A stretch of DNA of 64,000 nt from Minutocellus sp. GHC0000111 (taxonomy: Eukaryota): NCBI GenBank assembly GCA_977018835.1, contig OZ361256.1, positions 682,001-746,000 of the forward strand, given 5' to 3'. The notes under the pieces are model-generated. The model was not told the DNA's origin. It was given only the letters and a program-made list of their open reading frames with translations, and searched no databases. This document shows, one piece after another, positions 1 through 12,229 of this stretch (positions are counted from its first letter, which is position 1; each line of letters opens with the position of its first letter). Both the position numbers and the translations under genes were made by a program.

Positions 1-1039
1 TTTCTTCAAGCGTTCTGCTAGCTTGCCACATTCCTCTCTTCCCACTTCTTGGCTGAGCGTTCCCCAATTGCCTTCATCTGCGTCCTGAGCGGCGACCGGG
101 AAATGAAATTGAAAACAAAACTCATGGTCGCCGGTAGGGAAAAAGGCGCCGTGGCAGTGTGAGGTACTTGAAGACGGGAGAGAAATCCCTCGTGACTGTG
201 ACTTGGTATCTGATCCTATTCCCATTAGGCATGTTGTGCCAGTGTACTGGAGTTTGGCACCGCAATCAGTGACGGAATTGCGAACGGCTGATTTGGATCC
301 ATCTGCGCCAAATACAACATGAGCTGTGCGTTTGGTCCCGTCCTCAAAGATAATCTCAACAGTGCCATCCGGTTGGGACGATACAGATTTTGTTCTCTTT
401 GCAAAATGGATTGGTATATCAGCTCTGCGGGCTGCATCGTGGAGGACTCTTTGTAGCCTCCATCGGCGAATGCCAATGGTTTGCAGACTGTCGTCTCGAT
501 CGCTCAGTACATTCTCTTCGGCGACCGCCACCTCAGTTCCATCGTGGCGTTCCCATCGACGGTATTTGTAGGGATATCCAGCCTCTTGGACCTCGCGAAA
601 GAGCTGGGGCGATATGTCACGGAGCACTCTCAAACCATTGGGATACATGCCCATTCCTTTAGTCGATAATGATCAGCCGATGAGTGTTGAGAGGTTTGTG
701 GAAAAGGGAAGTCAATGCGTGATAGGATATTAGTAGAAAGAAGACGACATCACCATAGTGCAATCAGTCAATTAGTGTTGAAAGGTTTGAAAGAGGGCAT
801 TAATAGTCAATGGGTGATAGGGTGGAAAGGAGACATCAAAGTAGATAGGAATCCTCATAAAAAAGATCCCGGCATGATGGCTTACCTGCTCCAACATCGA
901 CAAATCCGTCGCATGCTTCGAACACGTCGGCTGTGAGGCCGAGGCGCTCCTTGAGCCCAATGGCCAGGATGAGCCCTACGATGCCGCCGCCGCATATTGC
1001 TAGCTGAAGCGTATCGGGTGGAGGATCTTGAGATACCAT
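1..1039 (-). CDS. FAD-dependent monooxygenase (salicylate hydroxylase/zeaxanthin epoxidase-like), runs off the window edge; intron 657-885
   Basis: Exon 1 has the GxGxxG motif LAICGGGIVGL. A GTAAG...AG intron joins DVGAG to MGMYPNG. Exon 2 has the VFGADGSKS (DG) motif. Confidence 0.85.
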
Positions 1040-1197
1040 GATTGTCTGGTTGTGAGAGAGGTGGAGTTGATGGCGGTTCTTTTTCTCTAAAAGGCACTCC
1101 ATCCCATTCTCCGTCTTTCCTTCGTTCATCCATTCATTGATGGACTTGTTCGAATGAATCGGAATCGCAATCGCCACCCATCACACTCCAAGCAAGC

Positions 1198-2115
1198 ATG
1201 GGCAAGAAGAAGTCCAAGACGGCCAAGAAGAAGCAGGCCAAGGCGGCATCACGTGCGAAGCAGGCCAAGGCCAAGACGACGGCGTTCGGCGTGTCCGTCG
1301 TCAAGGGGTCCAAAGGACGTGGTGGTGGTGCAGGAGGCGGTGGGCATGGGGGCAATGACCACGCTGCTTCGTCCGTGGGACACAATATGAATATGAAGGG
1401 CGGCGGCAGTGGTCGTAGCAACGCATCGTCATCTGCACATCATAACATGCAACATGATACGACGAGACGAGTCGTCTCCAGGGACGACGAGCGGAATGAC
1501 TTTGATCGGCAGCATGCCTCCCTCCAAGAACGTGCCGAGGCTCGGCAGCGGCAGCAAAAGGCGGGTGGGAAGAAACACGGAAATCGGAAGCACCAACAAC
1601 AGCAACAGCAACAGCCCCAATCGTCGTCTCTTTTCGCCAATCTGGCCCAGTCCTCCATCCAGCTCGGCCCGGCGACGGTCGGTGAGATGGTCGACGATGC
1701 AGCTGATCGGGTAGCGGCGGGTATGACCGCGATCGGTGCCGCCCTCAGTCCAGTCGGTGGCACGGCGGGACGGCCGGCCGCACCGCCCAACACTCCCAGT
1801 AGTACTGGTGGTGTTGGTGGTAGCGCCAACATGCTGCAAGTTTTGGCGGCGCAAAAGAGGCAGGAATGGTCGGCACAAAAATACATGTTACAGCCGGAGA
1901 GCAAAGCCAAGGACGATCAGATGGGAGACAATCGATTTGCCGGTTTGGACAATGGGGACAGTGATTCTGATGACAATGGATGGGGAGCTGATGGTGATCA
2001 ACCAGTCGATGCTCCGCCTTCTTTCAATTTTGCCCCCGCTTCTTTCGCATTTGGGCAAAATAATGCGGCCGGTGCACAGCAGCAGCCTGACGGTGACGAC
2101 GATCCTGATCTGTAA
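1198..2115 (+). CDS. Hypothetical low-complexity protein with Lys-rich N-terminus
   Basis: 305-aa ATG-initiated ORF with gene-like codon usage; no recognisable domain. Confidence 0.65.
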   Translation: MGKKKSKTAKKKQAKAASRAKQAKAKTTAFGVSVVKGSKGRGGGAGGGGHGGNDHAASSVGHNMNMKGGGSGRSNASSSAHHNMQHDTTRRVVSRDDERNDFDRQHASLQERAEARQRQQKAGGKKHGNRKHQQQQQQQPQSSSLFANLAQSSIQLGPATVGEMVDDAADRVAAGMTAIGAALSPVGGTAGRPAAPPNTPSSTGGVGGSANMLQVLAAQKRQEWSAQKYMLQPESKAKDDQMGDNRFAGLDNGDSDSDDNGWGADGDQPVDAPPSFNFAPASFAFGQNNAAGAQQQPDGDDDPDL

Positions 2116-2269
2116 TAAAACAAAGTTTATATATTACAAAATCAGCAAAGAATGCCGCTAGAGTAGGAGTTAGGTGCAACAGTTTGTACCCTCTTATTCA
2201 AGGCTTGCATTGAATCTATTTACACCACTTTTTAGCACTTCAGTCTCTATCGTACCAGATAGTATATGA

Positions 2270-4417
2270 TCAAGCAAAAGCTACTTCGCCCGGTGCCGAG
2301 GAATTATTCTTCTCCCAACCATCAGCATCTACAACATCCATTCTCTCGGATTTTGCCGCTACTTTCGCACTACGTTCGATCAAGAACTCAAGTAGATCAT
2401 CGTTGGTAAAATAGCACCCATGCGCTGTAACGGCCGAGAGATACTCATTCTCAACGATCCCGGTTTGGAGCTGGTAGTCTACCCTGGTACTCCTTCCTCC
2501 GAGTGGAAATTTGATCTCTTCCTTGACCTTGGTATTTGCGGTAGATGAGCGTCTCGATGATAGCCTCCTTTCAGCTTCTTGGCCCATGCTCGCCGCCGCG
2601 GCGACCACAGCGTTCCCCACATTGAGCCCCCCAAGCAGACTAGATACACTTCTACTGATATTCTTCGTGGCCTCCTGCAACTGAATATGAAGTCGGACTC
2701 CTCAATTTGCTGTAAGATAGGCCGGTGGTGGTATTGATCCATCTGGTGTTCCGGGTGGAAACAAAAGAGGCTCGATACGATACGCAACGACGTCGGCTGG
2801 GTGAAAGATATTGAAGACTTCTTTCGTAGGCAAAGTAAATGGTGATACTTTTGTGGCTATTGACTCTGGCTCGGAGACCATGGACAATAACGATTCGTCG
2901 ATCCCGCCAGGTGCTTCCGCTGATGCACATGTAGCTCCGTCGATGTCGCCACATTCCGACTGTCGAAGGTCGTCGAACACCGCGTGGCTACCACGCAAGG
3001 ATAAGAAAAGACCAAGTGGCGAACCCAGGAACAAGGTGCACTCTGGCTCGAATGGGAGGTGCATGTCGATTTCCCGGCATAGCAATGGCCCGGAATGTCC
3101 TGCATTCTGAGGTGTCGATCCCAATTCATCTTCCTTGGCATGTGTTTCATGGATCACCTCTGCATGCCCTGGCTTGTATGTCGGTCTATTATTCTGTTTG
3201 TCTGCGAGGATACTCAAGAGATCCCAGGCTATAACACTACCCAAGCTGTGCCCAATGATGCTCGTCTTTCCACCATTATTTAGAAACTTGGGATGGACTT
3301 GGTTGAATCGATCATAAGACCGAATGATTTCCGATGTTACAGTTTCAATAACGTCCTGACAAAAGCTCGGGGTCAAATACGTCAAAACATCGAACACCAC
3401 ATCGTTAGCTATGGCCCGAAGGCGAGGGATATTGTGGAGCGTTGTGGCCAGCAAAGTATTCTTGAGAGCACTCTGTTGCGAGTGAATTTTCGAATACCAT
3501 TCCAAAGGTATGAGCTCAACTCTATGTGGCGGTGGGGGGAGCGCCTCGCCAGCCTTCTTGCAACGTTTGCATTCCGTCCTCCACGCCTCCGCAAGCTTGC
3601 GATTGATCCCATTTCGTGCCTGATCGGTCGAAGCGATGACGCCTGGGACTGAGCAATCATCTCGACTCCACATGGCCTCCCCGATGCCATGAATGACGAA
3701 GAAGAGATGACGAGGGGGCGCCAGGCAGACCTCGTCGTCCTCTCCCGTCGTGTATTCATCATATCCCCGCTGCACGTTGAAGGAAGGTCCAAATAGAGAC
3801 GTGGACTTCTTCTTCATGGTGAGTGTTCGGCCCACCTTGACAATAACAACCTTGAAGCCCCGTTCATCTTCTAAATCAATGCATTCCTTCAGCACCTCTT
3901 CCAGAGACACGTCGCTTAAACTCGATGATGCTGCCACGGCACGCTGATATAATTGTTCGACCCTTTCGCCGTCAATCTCTGATAGAGGATGAAGCACCAC
4001 GTCTCCATCTCTCTCCATCCGAGTGAACCACGCCGCGCCGAGGAGAGATCGCCTTTGGCCATTCCAAAAGTTGTAATGAGATCGCCGAGCGTCCAGATCA
4101 GCCGTGACTCTTCCTGACTCGAGAAGAATCGTCCCGAGTTGGGTGGAAGAGTCTTCAATGGGAACACCGGCGGCATCGAGCATGTCGAACCGTTCATTGA
4201 TTGCCCTGCAGTCGACTTTGCGCAGTGGTTGATATGTGCATTGCGAGGTGCTCTGTTCCGTGCTCGGCGGGGAGTACTCGGAGTGACTCGTGCCATTGCT
4301 GGAGGACGAAAGGAGTCGGCTCAGCCAGATACGCGGTGCCTTGGGAGACGCGTCTTCGATGTAGTCCCAGGAAGTGAAACTATGCTTGGCAATATATATG
4401 AGCACTTCCTCGGCCAT
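2270..4417 (-). CDS. DDHD-domain phospholipase A1 (DDHD1/2-like) with an in-frame TGA at 2702-2704
   Basis: Motifs FVIHGIG, lipase GHSLG, FLGSPLG, FNIFHPADVVAYRIEPL and C-terminal RVDYQL...AHGCYF. The two ORFs are in the same frame: YLTAN*GVRLHIQLQE. Confidence 0.85.
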
Positions 4418-4740
4418 CCCTTGTCCTCAGGCCTCGGGCAGTCTCTCATCTCATCAGCTGACTATTACTGCGATTTTCCGTCTGGACACTCCTGAGCCGA
4501 ATTTTCCCAGTATGTAGCTTCAACTTTTCAGTTAGAGGAGTCTAGATCTAGAGTACATGATGTACAAGATTTGCCGGTGGACATACATTTCCGCATACTA
4601 GATCTAGATCTAGTAGGGCAGCAAAATGACATTAAGGCATTTAAGTATTAGATCTACGTCGTATTATTGATAAATTTATCCAAGTTTTATCTCAGAGGAC
4701 CGACCAACTGAAGGTTCAATCTCTTTCTCTGTCCAACAAA

Positions 4741-6998
4741 TCAAAACAATCCAATGACATCTCCATTTTCAAGGTCGACATCAACGTCGTAAAATCCTGG
4801 ACGAGTGGGCAGGCCTGGGATAGTCATAATTTCGCCACAGATGGGATAAAGGAAACCAGCTCCAGCACATCCACGAATTTCTCTAACTGTAATGCGGAAG
4901 CCTTTGGGGACGCCCTTGGCTGCAGCGTCGCACGAAAATGAATACTGCGTTTTCGCAACACAGATCGGCAGGCCACCGAGACCAGCCTCCTCGTATTGGG
5001 CGATCTGCTTCTCAGCGAGCTCGGTGTAGTCTACTCCGTCGGCACCATAAATCTCCTTGCTGATGACACCAATCTTTTCCTTGATGGAAAGGTCAAGCGA
5101 GTACAAAAACTTGAAGTTGGCCTCGTCGTTGGCCTTGCAGGCCTTCTCAACTGCACGGGCAAGATCAGCGGCGCCAGCTCCACCCTCGGCCCAGTGATTG
5201 CTCATGACGGCATCGTAAGCACCTGCGTCCATAGCAGCCTTCCTGACCACCTCGATCTCCGCCTCGGTATCCGTCTTGAACTTATTGACCGCTACAACGA
5301 CATTGACACCGAACTTGCGGGCATTCTCGATATGCTTCTGAAGGTTGCAGCATCCCTTGGCCAGCAACTCGCAGTCCTCTTCAACGTACTCCTTAGCCAG
5401 AGGTTTGCCGGCACTGACAGGTGGGCCTCCACCGTGCATCTTGAGCGCTCGCACCGTGGCAACAATGACGGCACACTTGGGCTTAAGACCAGACGCTCTG
5501 CATTTGATATTGAAGAACTTTTCCATACCAATGTCCGCGCCAAAGCCGGCCTCGGTGACAACAAAACCGTCAGCTCCTACCAACTTGAGAGCAATTTCAT
5601 CTGCAACGACAGAACTGTTACCAGTTGCAATGTTGGCAAAGGGCCCAGCATGGACGAGGACTGGAGTACGCTCGACAGTCTGCATCAGCGTTGGCATGAG
5701 AGCATCCTTCATGAGCACCGTCAAAGCTCCGCCACAGCCCAAATCATCGGCCGTGATGGGCTGCTTGGACCGGCTGTATCCAATGATCATGGCACCAAGC
5801 TTTTCGCGCAAGTCTGGCAGATCCTTCGCCAACGCGAGGACGGCCATCACTTCAGAGGCCACGGTAATATCAAATCCAGCCTCCCGGTGGTGCTGAAGGC
5901 GGGGCGCACCAGGCGGACTACCCGGTGGGGGCTTCACCGTCTCCTTTGGTCCCTGACCAATGGTCACCCGACGCAAATGTCTATCACAAGTATCCAACAC
6001 GCGATTCCATGTGATGGTTGACTTGTCAATGTCCAATCGAGCAAAAGCTGACTTCTCCTCGGGCGTTAGCTCCTCCGGCTTCTTCGTGTCATCGATGCCA
6101 AGCTTCTTCAGCCTTCGGCGCATGATGGGGCTGAAATCCTTGCCGTTGGGACAGAGCCGGCGAAAAAGTGCCTCGTCAGTCTGAAATTCCTCGTGAAACA
6201 TGCGAGTGTCGATTGCCGCTGCCAATAGATTGTTCGCCGCCGTCACTGCATGAATATCCCCAGTCAAGTGAAGATTGAATTCGTCCATCTATTGTCAGTT
6301 GGTTCATTATATACAGTAAGAATATTGGAAGAATCCTGATGAGAAAAATGAGTATATATTGAAACTAAGTTGCACAATTGCCACAACCTCGAGACGCCTG
6401 TATGACTCACCGGCACAACCTGCGCATATCCACCACCCGCGGCGCCGCCCTTGATGCCAAAGGTCGGTCCCTGGCTGGGCTGGCGAATACAAGCGAAGGC
6501 CTTCTTGCCCAAGGCCGCACCGAGGGCCTGGGCAAGGCCAATGGTTGTGGTTGACTTGCCCTCGCCAAGTGGGGTGGGATTTATTCCAGTGCAAACGATG
6601 TAGTTGCCATCGGGGGACGATGCCAAACGATCTCGTACCGACAGAGAAACCTTGGCCTTGGCATTGCCCCACTGAATCACCTCATCTTCGTTTAGGCCGG
6701 CTCTGGCGAGGGGACAGAATGATGCAGCAGAGAAGAACCAAATGGGGCGCATGGCCGAACAAGCACATCATCATGTGTTGTGAGCATAAAAATACGATGG
6801 AAATGAGGCGCAATACATGTATGCAAGGCAATCATGAATGGAATGGAGCAACTCAACTCACTCCTTGGCAAGGTCGGCGATTGGAAGCAAGCCCACTTCC
6901 TTCACAATGTCCTGAGAAACCTCGATATCGCTGGGCACGGGATGCTTGCATTTGAGCACCGGGTGGCCAAGCGCATTCTTCTCTTCAGAGTCGCTCAT
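4741..6998 (-). CDS. fhs: Formate--tetrahydrofolate ligase (FTHFS); exons 6998-6862, 6702-6411, 6288-4741
   Basis: Motifs [68 protein letters not shown]. Two GTGAGT...AG introns restore the frame. Confidence 0.95.
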
Positions 6999-7412
6999 TA
7001 TACTCTACTAGCTAGTAGTGCTTATCTATCTGGACTGGCGACGAGATAGGGAATTGACGGCGCTGCAATGCTTGTTATGTTGCGGCAAGATACGTGCATT
7101 TCTCATCGAGCCCGATCTGCCAGCACGGGGACGGGGCGGGCTGACGTGTTCCTCCAACACATCAATATGACGTCTGCGAAATATTTGTCGGCTCTCGTCT
7201 CTCGTCGCGTCCTGCCCGGCCCGCCTGCTTGCGATGATGATCGACTTGCCCAGAAATAGCTCGAGACATGCGACCTACTCGTACGTGTAGCTACGTAGTA
7301 GGTTCCTACCTTAGATCTGCAGATTTTCATCTAGATCGCTATTCCTTTTGGAGACTTGCAAAGCTGCCGGCGGTTTGTCTCTCTCTCGCTCGCATCTACA
7401 TGTAATGGGCCA

Positions 7413-8279
7413 TCACGACGATGAAAGCGGCGGAAATTCGTCATCGTCGGTCCGCCTGCTCCCAGCAAGTGGGCCTCATCCACCAGATTCGCACTGCTGG
7501 TGCTGCTGCTGAAGATGATGATGCTGATGAAAAGTCTGCGCCGAAGAATGAACAGGAGAAGCGCCTACCGCCCCCATCATCATCTGCCCTTGCCCTTCAT
7601 ACCCATATCCCTGGCCATATGCCGATTGCATACCATACTGCTGAGAACTATCCCCTTGCCCATAATATTGTGGTTGGTACGCCGTATATTGCTGCTGGTG
7701 GTGTACATTCGCACCATACGATGGGGCATGAGAGCCCGGTTGCACATTGCCGCCTACAGGAGATGGTTTCCAATTACCGGTACTGGCCGCTGCCGACGCA
7801 ACTTCGGGCCCAGGCCCAGATGCACCGAGCGGAGGGAAGGCGGCCATATCCTCTTGCACCAAGTAGGTTGGCTCGCGCGCATTCGTCTTGAACCCAACGT
7901 CTTCGTATCCCTCGTCTCCCGGATGCATGTAAAGACATCCCTTGGTCATGCACGAATCTCCGAACCGACACTTGACCTTGCCGTATTTGGCAATGAGGCG
8001 CTCGCATTCAATGGGAGGGGGGTAACGCTTCCGGCATCCCGAAGCGGAGAACGTGCACATGTCCGCAAGGTAGGCCATGCATGGCTCACGGCTCTGGCTG
8101 CCATTTGCAGAAGACCGGCCCTTGCCATCGTCCTTGCCGTAAGGGTGGTCGTAAATGCAATCAGGACGATTACAGCCCGTACCGTACTGGCAGATGATCA
8201 TCTTCTGCCCACCTTTCTTCGTGGAGGCTTGGAGCGTCACGCCTTTGCCCTGGTTCACGTAGTTTTTCCCGCGTGGCAT
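7413..8279 (-). CDS. Tandem CCCH zinc-finger protein; first stop at 7476-7478, possible original stop at 7413-7415
   Basis: Three C-x5-C-x4/6-C-x3-H/Y motifs. The frame continues past the TGA as GPLAGSRRTDDDEFPPLSSS. Confidence 0.7.
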
Positions 8280-8377
8280 TTTCGACTGAGCACTTCGGAG
8301 GCTTGGCTGGCGATGGTGGCAGCTTGCTTTCTGGCGGTACTTCGATAGTGACCTGGCACTTTGACTTCTTTCTCTGC

Positions 8378-8406
8378 TCTCTCTCTCTCTTTCTCTCTCT
8401 CTCTCT
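8378..8406. repeat. (CT)n microsatellite
   Basis: Interrupted CT run upstream of the CCCH gene. Confidence 0.8.
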
Positions 8407-8559
8407 TTTGGCTGGTTGGTTCCTCTACGATGATTACTACGTAGCTAGCGGTGTTGCGCTGGCGGGTGGCGGTGGCTGGGCGTGTTCTTCGGGCGGGTGG
8501 CGGTGGTGGTGGTGTTCGATTTCGGGATATGGGCTGGTGGCTGGCGGTAGGAATTCCTA

Positions 8560-9430
8560 CGGACAAAAACTTTTGAACATACCTGAGCGTTTTCTATCTC
8601 CCACACAAACTCTAGCGCAAAACTCTCCGCATGAGACTTATTGAAAATTTCATGAGGAATCGAATGAACGTTTGACCACGCTCCAAATCAGGCGAGAAGG
8701 GCTCCAAATTGACCGAAAACTCAAGATACGGGGGGGTTTCTGAGCCAGATTTGACGTGTTCCTGAAGAAACTGCCGAATGGTCAAACGATCATTCGATTC
8801 CGCATCATCAAAAACCTCGGTTGCATGTTCAAGAGCGGTGTGAAGAGCTTTCCCAAGAGTAGAAATTGTGCATAAGATACGATTTTTTGGATAAAATGAA
8901 TCCACTAGCACCACGATAAAATTACGTAAAAATTCTTTCAGCCACTAATTTTGGCCTGTTTCCATCTCATTTTCGAGCCGACGATGATGTGACAAAGAGG
9001 CAACGACGACGGGCGCTATCGGATGAATCCAAAGGCGATGCTTTGTAGATCGCTTATCAACATGTCTCTTGGCACGTGTTCCGTCTTGGTCCGATCGAAA
9101 TCAGAGCATGGGATGTTAAAATCGATGATCGATCGATCGGCAAGCACAAAGAAGTCATGAAAAAGCGGCACAAGATGTGTCAATTTGATTTTCTCGAGCC
9201 AAAAAATAAAAATCACAACAACCAACCACAGATACGCGTCGAAAAACCTTTCGCGGTGGTCGCGGCATGCTGGAAATTGGCTTCGATGGCCATTGTTGCT
9301 TCCGAAAAGGAGCGTCGATTGATTGTCGCTTGCTTTTTCGTCCGCGTTGGAGGACGAACTTGGTTGAAGATGAGTGATTCTCCTATGGGAAAATTCGGTT
9401 CTTCTGGGGAGCACTGTGATTTTTTGTCCG
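8560..9430. mobile_element. Non-autonomous TIR element (MITE-like, Tc1/mariner-type TA target)
   Basis: CTACGGACAAAAA (8557-8569) and TTTTTGTCCGTAG (9421-9433) are perfect inverted repeats. They read as TA + CGGACAAAAA...TTTTTGTCCG + TA. No convincing ORF inside. Confidence 0.6.
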
Positions 9431-9800
9431 TAGCTACGTAGCTAGCGGTTGCGGGTGCGGGCGGTGCGGTGGCGGGGGGGCAAAAGGACCCCCGGAGAGA
9501 GTCGAAGAGCATCTTGGCCTGAAGGCATGAGGACAGAAGGAACCGAAGGCGTTCTCCAGCCATCAAGAGGCCGCCCTGTCATGCGAGAGCAAGTCGTGAT
9601 GTCATGTGGAAGCTTTGAGCAAAAAAGAGGAGACTCTCAGGAGAGCTGATTGAGTTGAGTTTTTTCATTTGGATGATGACTGACGACGACGATTTGCTGG
9701 CTGGCTGGCTCTGTGTGGCGTTTTGCCACTCCCCTCCAAGCAGCAAGTTGCACATGCAGAGTCGATGAAAACAAAAACAAAAAGATAATGGTTTGAAGAA

Positions 9801-9843
9801 TGAGAGGGTCTTGCTCTACAACAAGTAGAGCAAGACCCTCTCA
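9801..9843. repeat. Perfect 19-bp inverted repeat with 5-nt loop
   Basis: TGAGAGGGTCTTGCTCTAC-AACAA-GTAGAGCAAGACCCTCTCA. Confidence 0.9.
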
Positions 9844-9926
9844 CAAATCTGCTCTCTCGGCATCGGCCGGCACCAACGCAACTGCTGGTGATGACGACAT
9901 AACGACGCCAAAGTCTTGGCATTGTG

Positions 9927-9994
9927 TTCAGTCCAATGAGTCAAATATGACTTGTTGGACTGAATGTAAAAGAACATGACTTGTTGGACTGAAT
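9927..9994. repeat. 17-bp imperfect hairpin plus 19-bp direct repeat
   Basis: TTCAGTCCAATGAGTCA-AATA-TGACTTGTTGGACTGAA; ATGACTTGTTGGACTGAAT occurs at 9947-9965 and 9976-9994. Confidence 0.85.
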
Positions 9995-10395
9995 CAGCGA
10001 CTGACAGACTTTCAGACAGACATTCAACAAACATTAAAAAAGAACTCAAAATGAGGGAAAGACCGCTAAAATTCATGGATCCACAGATTTTCACTCAAAA
10101 CTAGACCATGCCCATGCGACTCTCCAACATGTTTCCCCTCTCTGGTGAAAGTCTAGTTAAATTTTTGCAGCAGAGCAAAACCAAGGAAAGTAGCAGAGTT
10201 TTGGTTATTGTCATGAGAGTGCGCGCGCCGGCCACGCCATTGTGCGAGAAAATTCGCGATTGCGTCCTTCGGTACGATGGATTGGTTTACCGATTTTGCG
10301 GCGTGGTGGACCTGGGTCGCACCACGCAATTTTGGAACCACATACCGCCAGAGGCGGGTTCGAAAGCATCCAGCACTCGCTACACCACTCTCCGC

Positions 10396-11607
10396 ATGAG
10401 TACAAGACGGCGCAAAGGTGGTCAGCACATGCTACATGAATTGGGTGAGGCCACCCCATCGAGCGGCAGTGGCCCAGCGACGCCTTTGCTCGACCACAAT
10501 GAGCAGGCTGAGCATGAGCATGAACCACCTGATATTGCCCCAGCTGTGGACGAAACAACGGCACAACAACGCCCACTTCTTCATCGCATAGCATCGTCTT
10601 TCGTCATCCCGCTTACTGATCAGACCGGTTCACCATCGAACATAATCAAGGGTTTGCTTTCCCTTGCCATCCTTGGAGGACTCTTGGGAATTGCGATGCC
10701 CAAGGATGAGAATCTCCCGACACCATGGTATCGTCTTGTTTCCAGCATTATTGGGTACACCTACTTTTGTGCCTGGTCAATATCGTTCTACCCACAGGTG
10801 ATATTGAACTTCAAGCGCAAGTCGACGAGTGGTCTGAGCAATGAATTCAGCGTCCTCAACGTGGCCGGATTCGCATGCTATGCCACTTACACTTTGTGCT
10901 TGTTTTTCAGCCCAGAGATTCGGCGCCAATACAAGGAGAGGAACGGAGCAGATGCAGAGATAACCGTCCAGAGCAACGATGTTGCATTCGCCGTGCATGC
11001 CCTGGTACTTTGCTGCATTCAGTTTTCACAGATTATTTATTATAGAGGCTTTGATGCATCGCCTCTCTCCATCTACGTCAAGATCGGCCTGGCGACTTTG
11101 CTGGTAGTATGTGTTGTTTTTGCTACTCTTGTGGCGGAACACTTTTCGAGTTGGTTGGATTTTCTTTACATGCTGTCGTTCGTAAAGGTGATCATTTCTT
11201 TGGTGAAGTACATACCGCAAGTACTTCTCAATTATCGCCGGCAGAGCACTCAAGGATGGAACATCTGGAACATAGTCCTCGACTTTGTGGGCGGTACTCT
11301 ATCTATCGGGCAGCAGATTGGAGATTCGGCGGACCTGCATGACTTTAGCGGTATTACGGGCAATCCTGCCAAATTTGCTCTTGGGTTTGTATCGATATTG
11401 TTCGACTTGATCTTCTTTTTCCAGCATTATTTGCTGTATCCAGCTGGTGAAGAGAACGGAGAGAGTGGTACCGGTAGGACTGGTACTGGTACTGCTGGTG
11501 AAGGGACACCCGCGGAGCCTTTATTAAATAATGATAACAGTGAAAAGAGATATGAGGAAATTAGAGAATCAGTGTCGGAGGAAACACCCATTGTCGAAGA
11601 GGTTTGA
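10396..11607 (+). CDS. CTNS: Cystinosin (PQ-loop lysosomal cystine transporter)
   Basis: Motifs WSISFYPQVILNFKRKST, NDVAFAVHA, VKYIPQ, LDFVGG, GNPAKFALG, QHY. Start chosen at MSTRRRK. Confidence 0.9.
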   Translation: MSTRRRKGGQHMLHELGEATPSSGSGPATPLLDHNEQAEHEHEPPDIAPAVDETTAQQRPLLHRIASSFVIPLTDQTGSPSNIIKGLLSLAILGGLLGIAMPKDENLPTPWYRLVSSIIGYTYFCAWSISFYPQVILNFKRKSTSGLSNEFSVLNVAGFACYATYTLCLFFSPEIRRQYKERNGADAEITVQSNDVAFAVHALVLCCIQFSQIIYYRGFDASPLSIYVKIGLATLLVVCVVFATLVAEHFSSWLDFLYMLSFVKVIISLVKYIPQVLLNYRRQSTQGWNIWNIVLDFVGGTLSIGQQIGDSADLHDFSGITGNPAKFALGFVSILFDLIFFFQHYLLYPAGEENGESGTGRTGTGTAGEGTPAEPLLNNDNSEKRYEEIRESVSEETPIVEEV

Positions 11608-12229
11608 GAGGCTCTCTCTTCATCGATCGCATCCCAAGCCACATCGATACATGTAATTGTAAAATAATTTGTACCGGTAGAAATTTTGAAGCACTAATAT
11701 ATTTCACTTCAACCACTAGTGGCGGTTTGCGGGAAGCAGGCGTTCTCGTGTCTGTCGTCGTGTCAACTCTGGCCGAAGGTTGCTTTGTCAGCCAGAGAAC
11801 CAAGCAGCTGTCAAGAGCGCCAGCACACAAGAAAGCGATTACAGTGCCGTAGATTCTAGGTGAGTGCACTTTTATTTGAATTTGTGGCATGAATCTACAT
11901 GTAGATCTACATGAGTAGATCTATTTCCTTCACTTCTCATCGCCTGATAATGTCGATCTAGATCTAGAATCTAGAAAATTGTCATACATGATTAAAACGG
12001 TTATGCGATCCATTTTTCAGGGAGCGAGCTTGATTGAGAGAGCGAGCCTCTCTCTCCTCTCTGGCCGCAACAGACTTGCCCCACGAACGTCGAAAGAGCA
12101 CGTCGAAAATTCAATTTCTTTCCAAATTCGAAGATATGAAGATAATGGAGTGGTAGTCAACAGGCCCATACCATAACAATAGGAGGATGTCGGTGTCGCA
12201 TGAGAGTGTCCATAACAGTGCAGAATCTT

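Noticed and set aside
4996..6021. 341-aa plus-strand ORF
   Set aside because: Antisense shadow of FTHFS.
10108..10395. N-terminal extension of the cystinosin ORF
   Set aside because: Overlaps repeat-like upstream DNA; the ATG at 10396 is the more plausible start.
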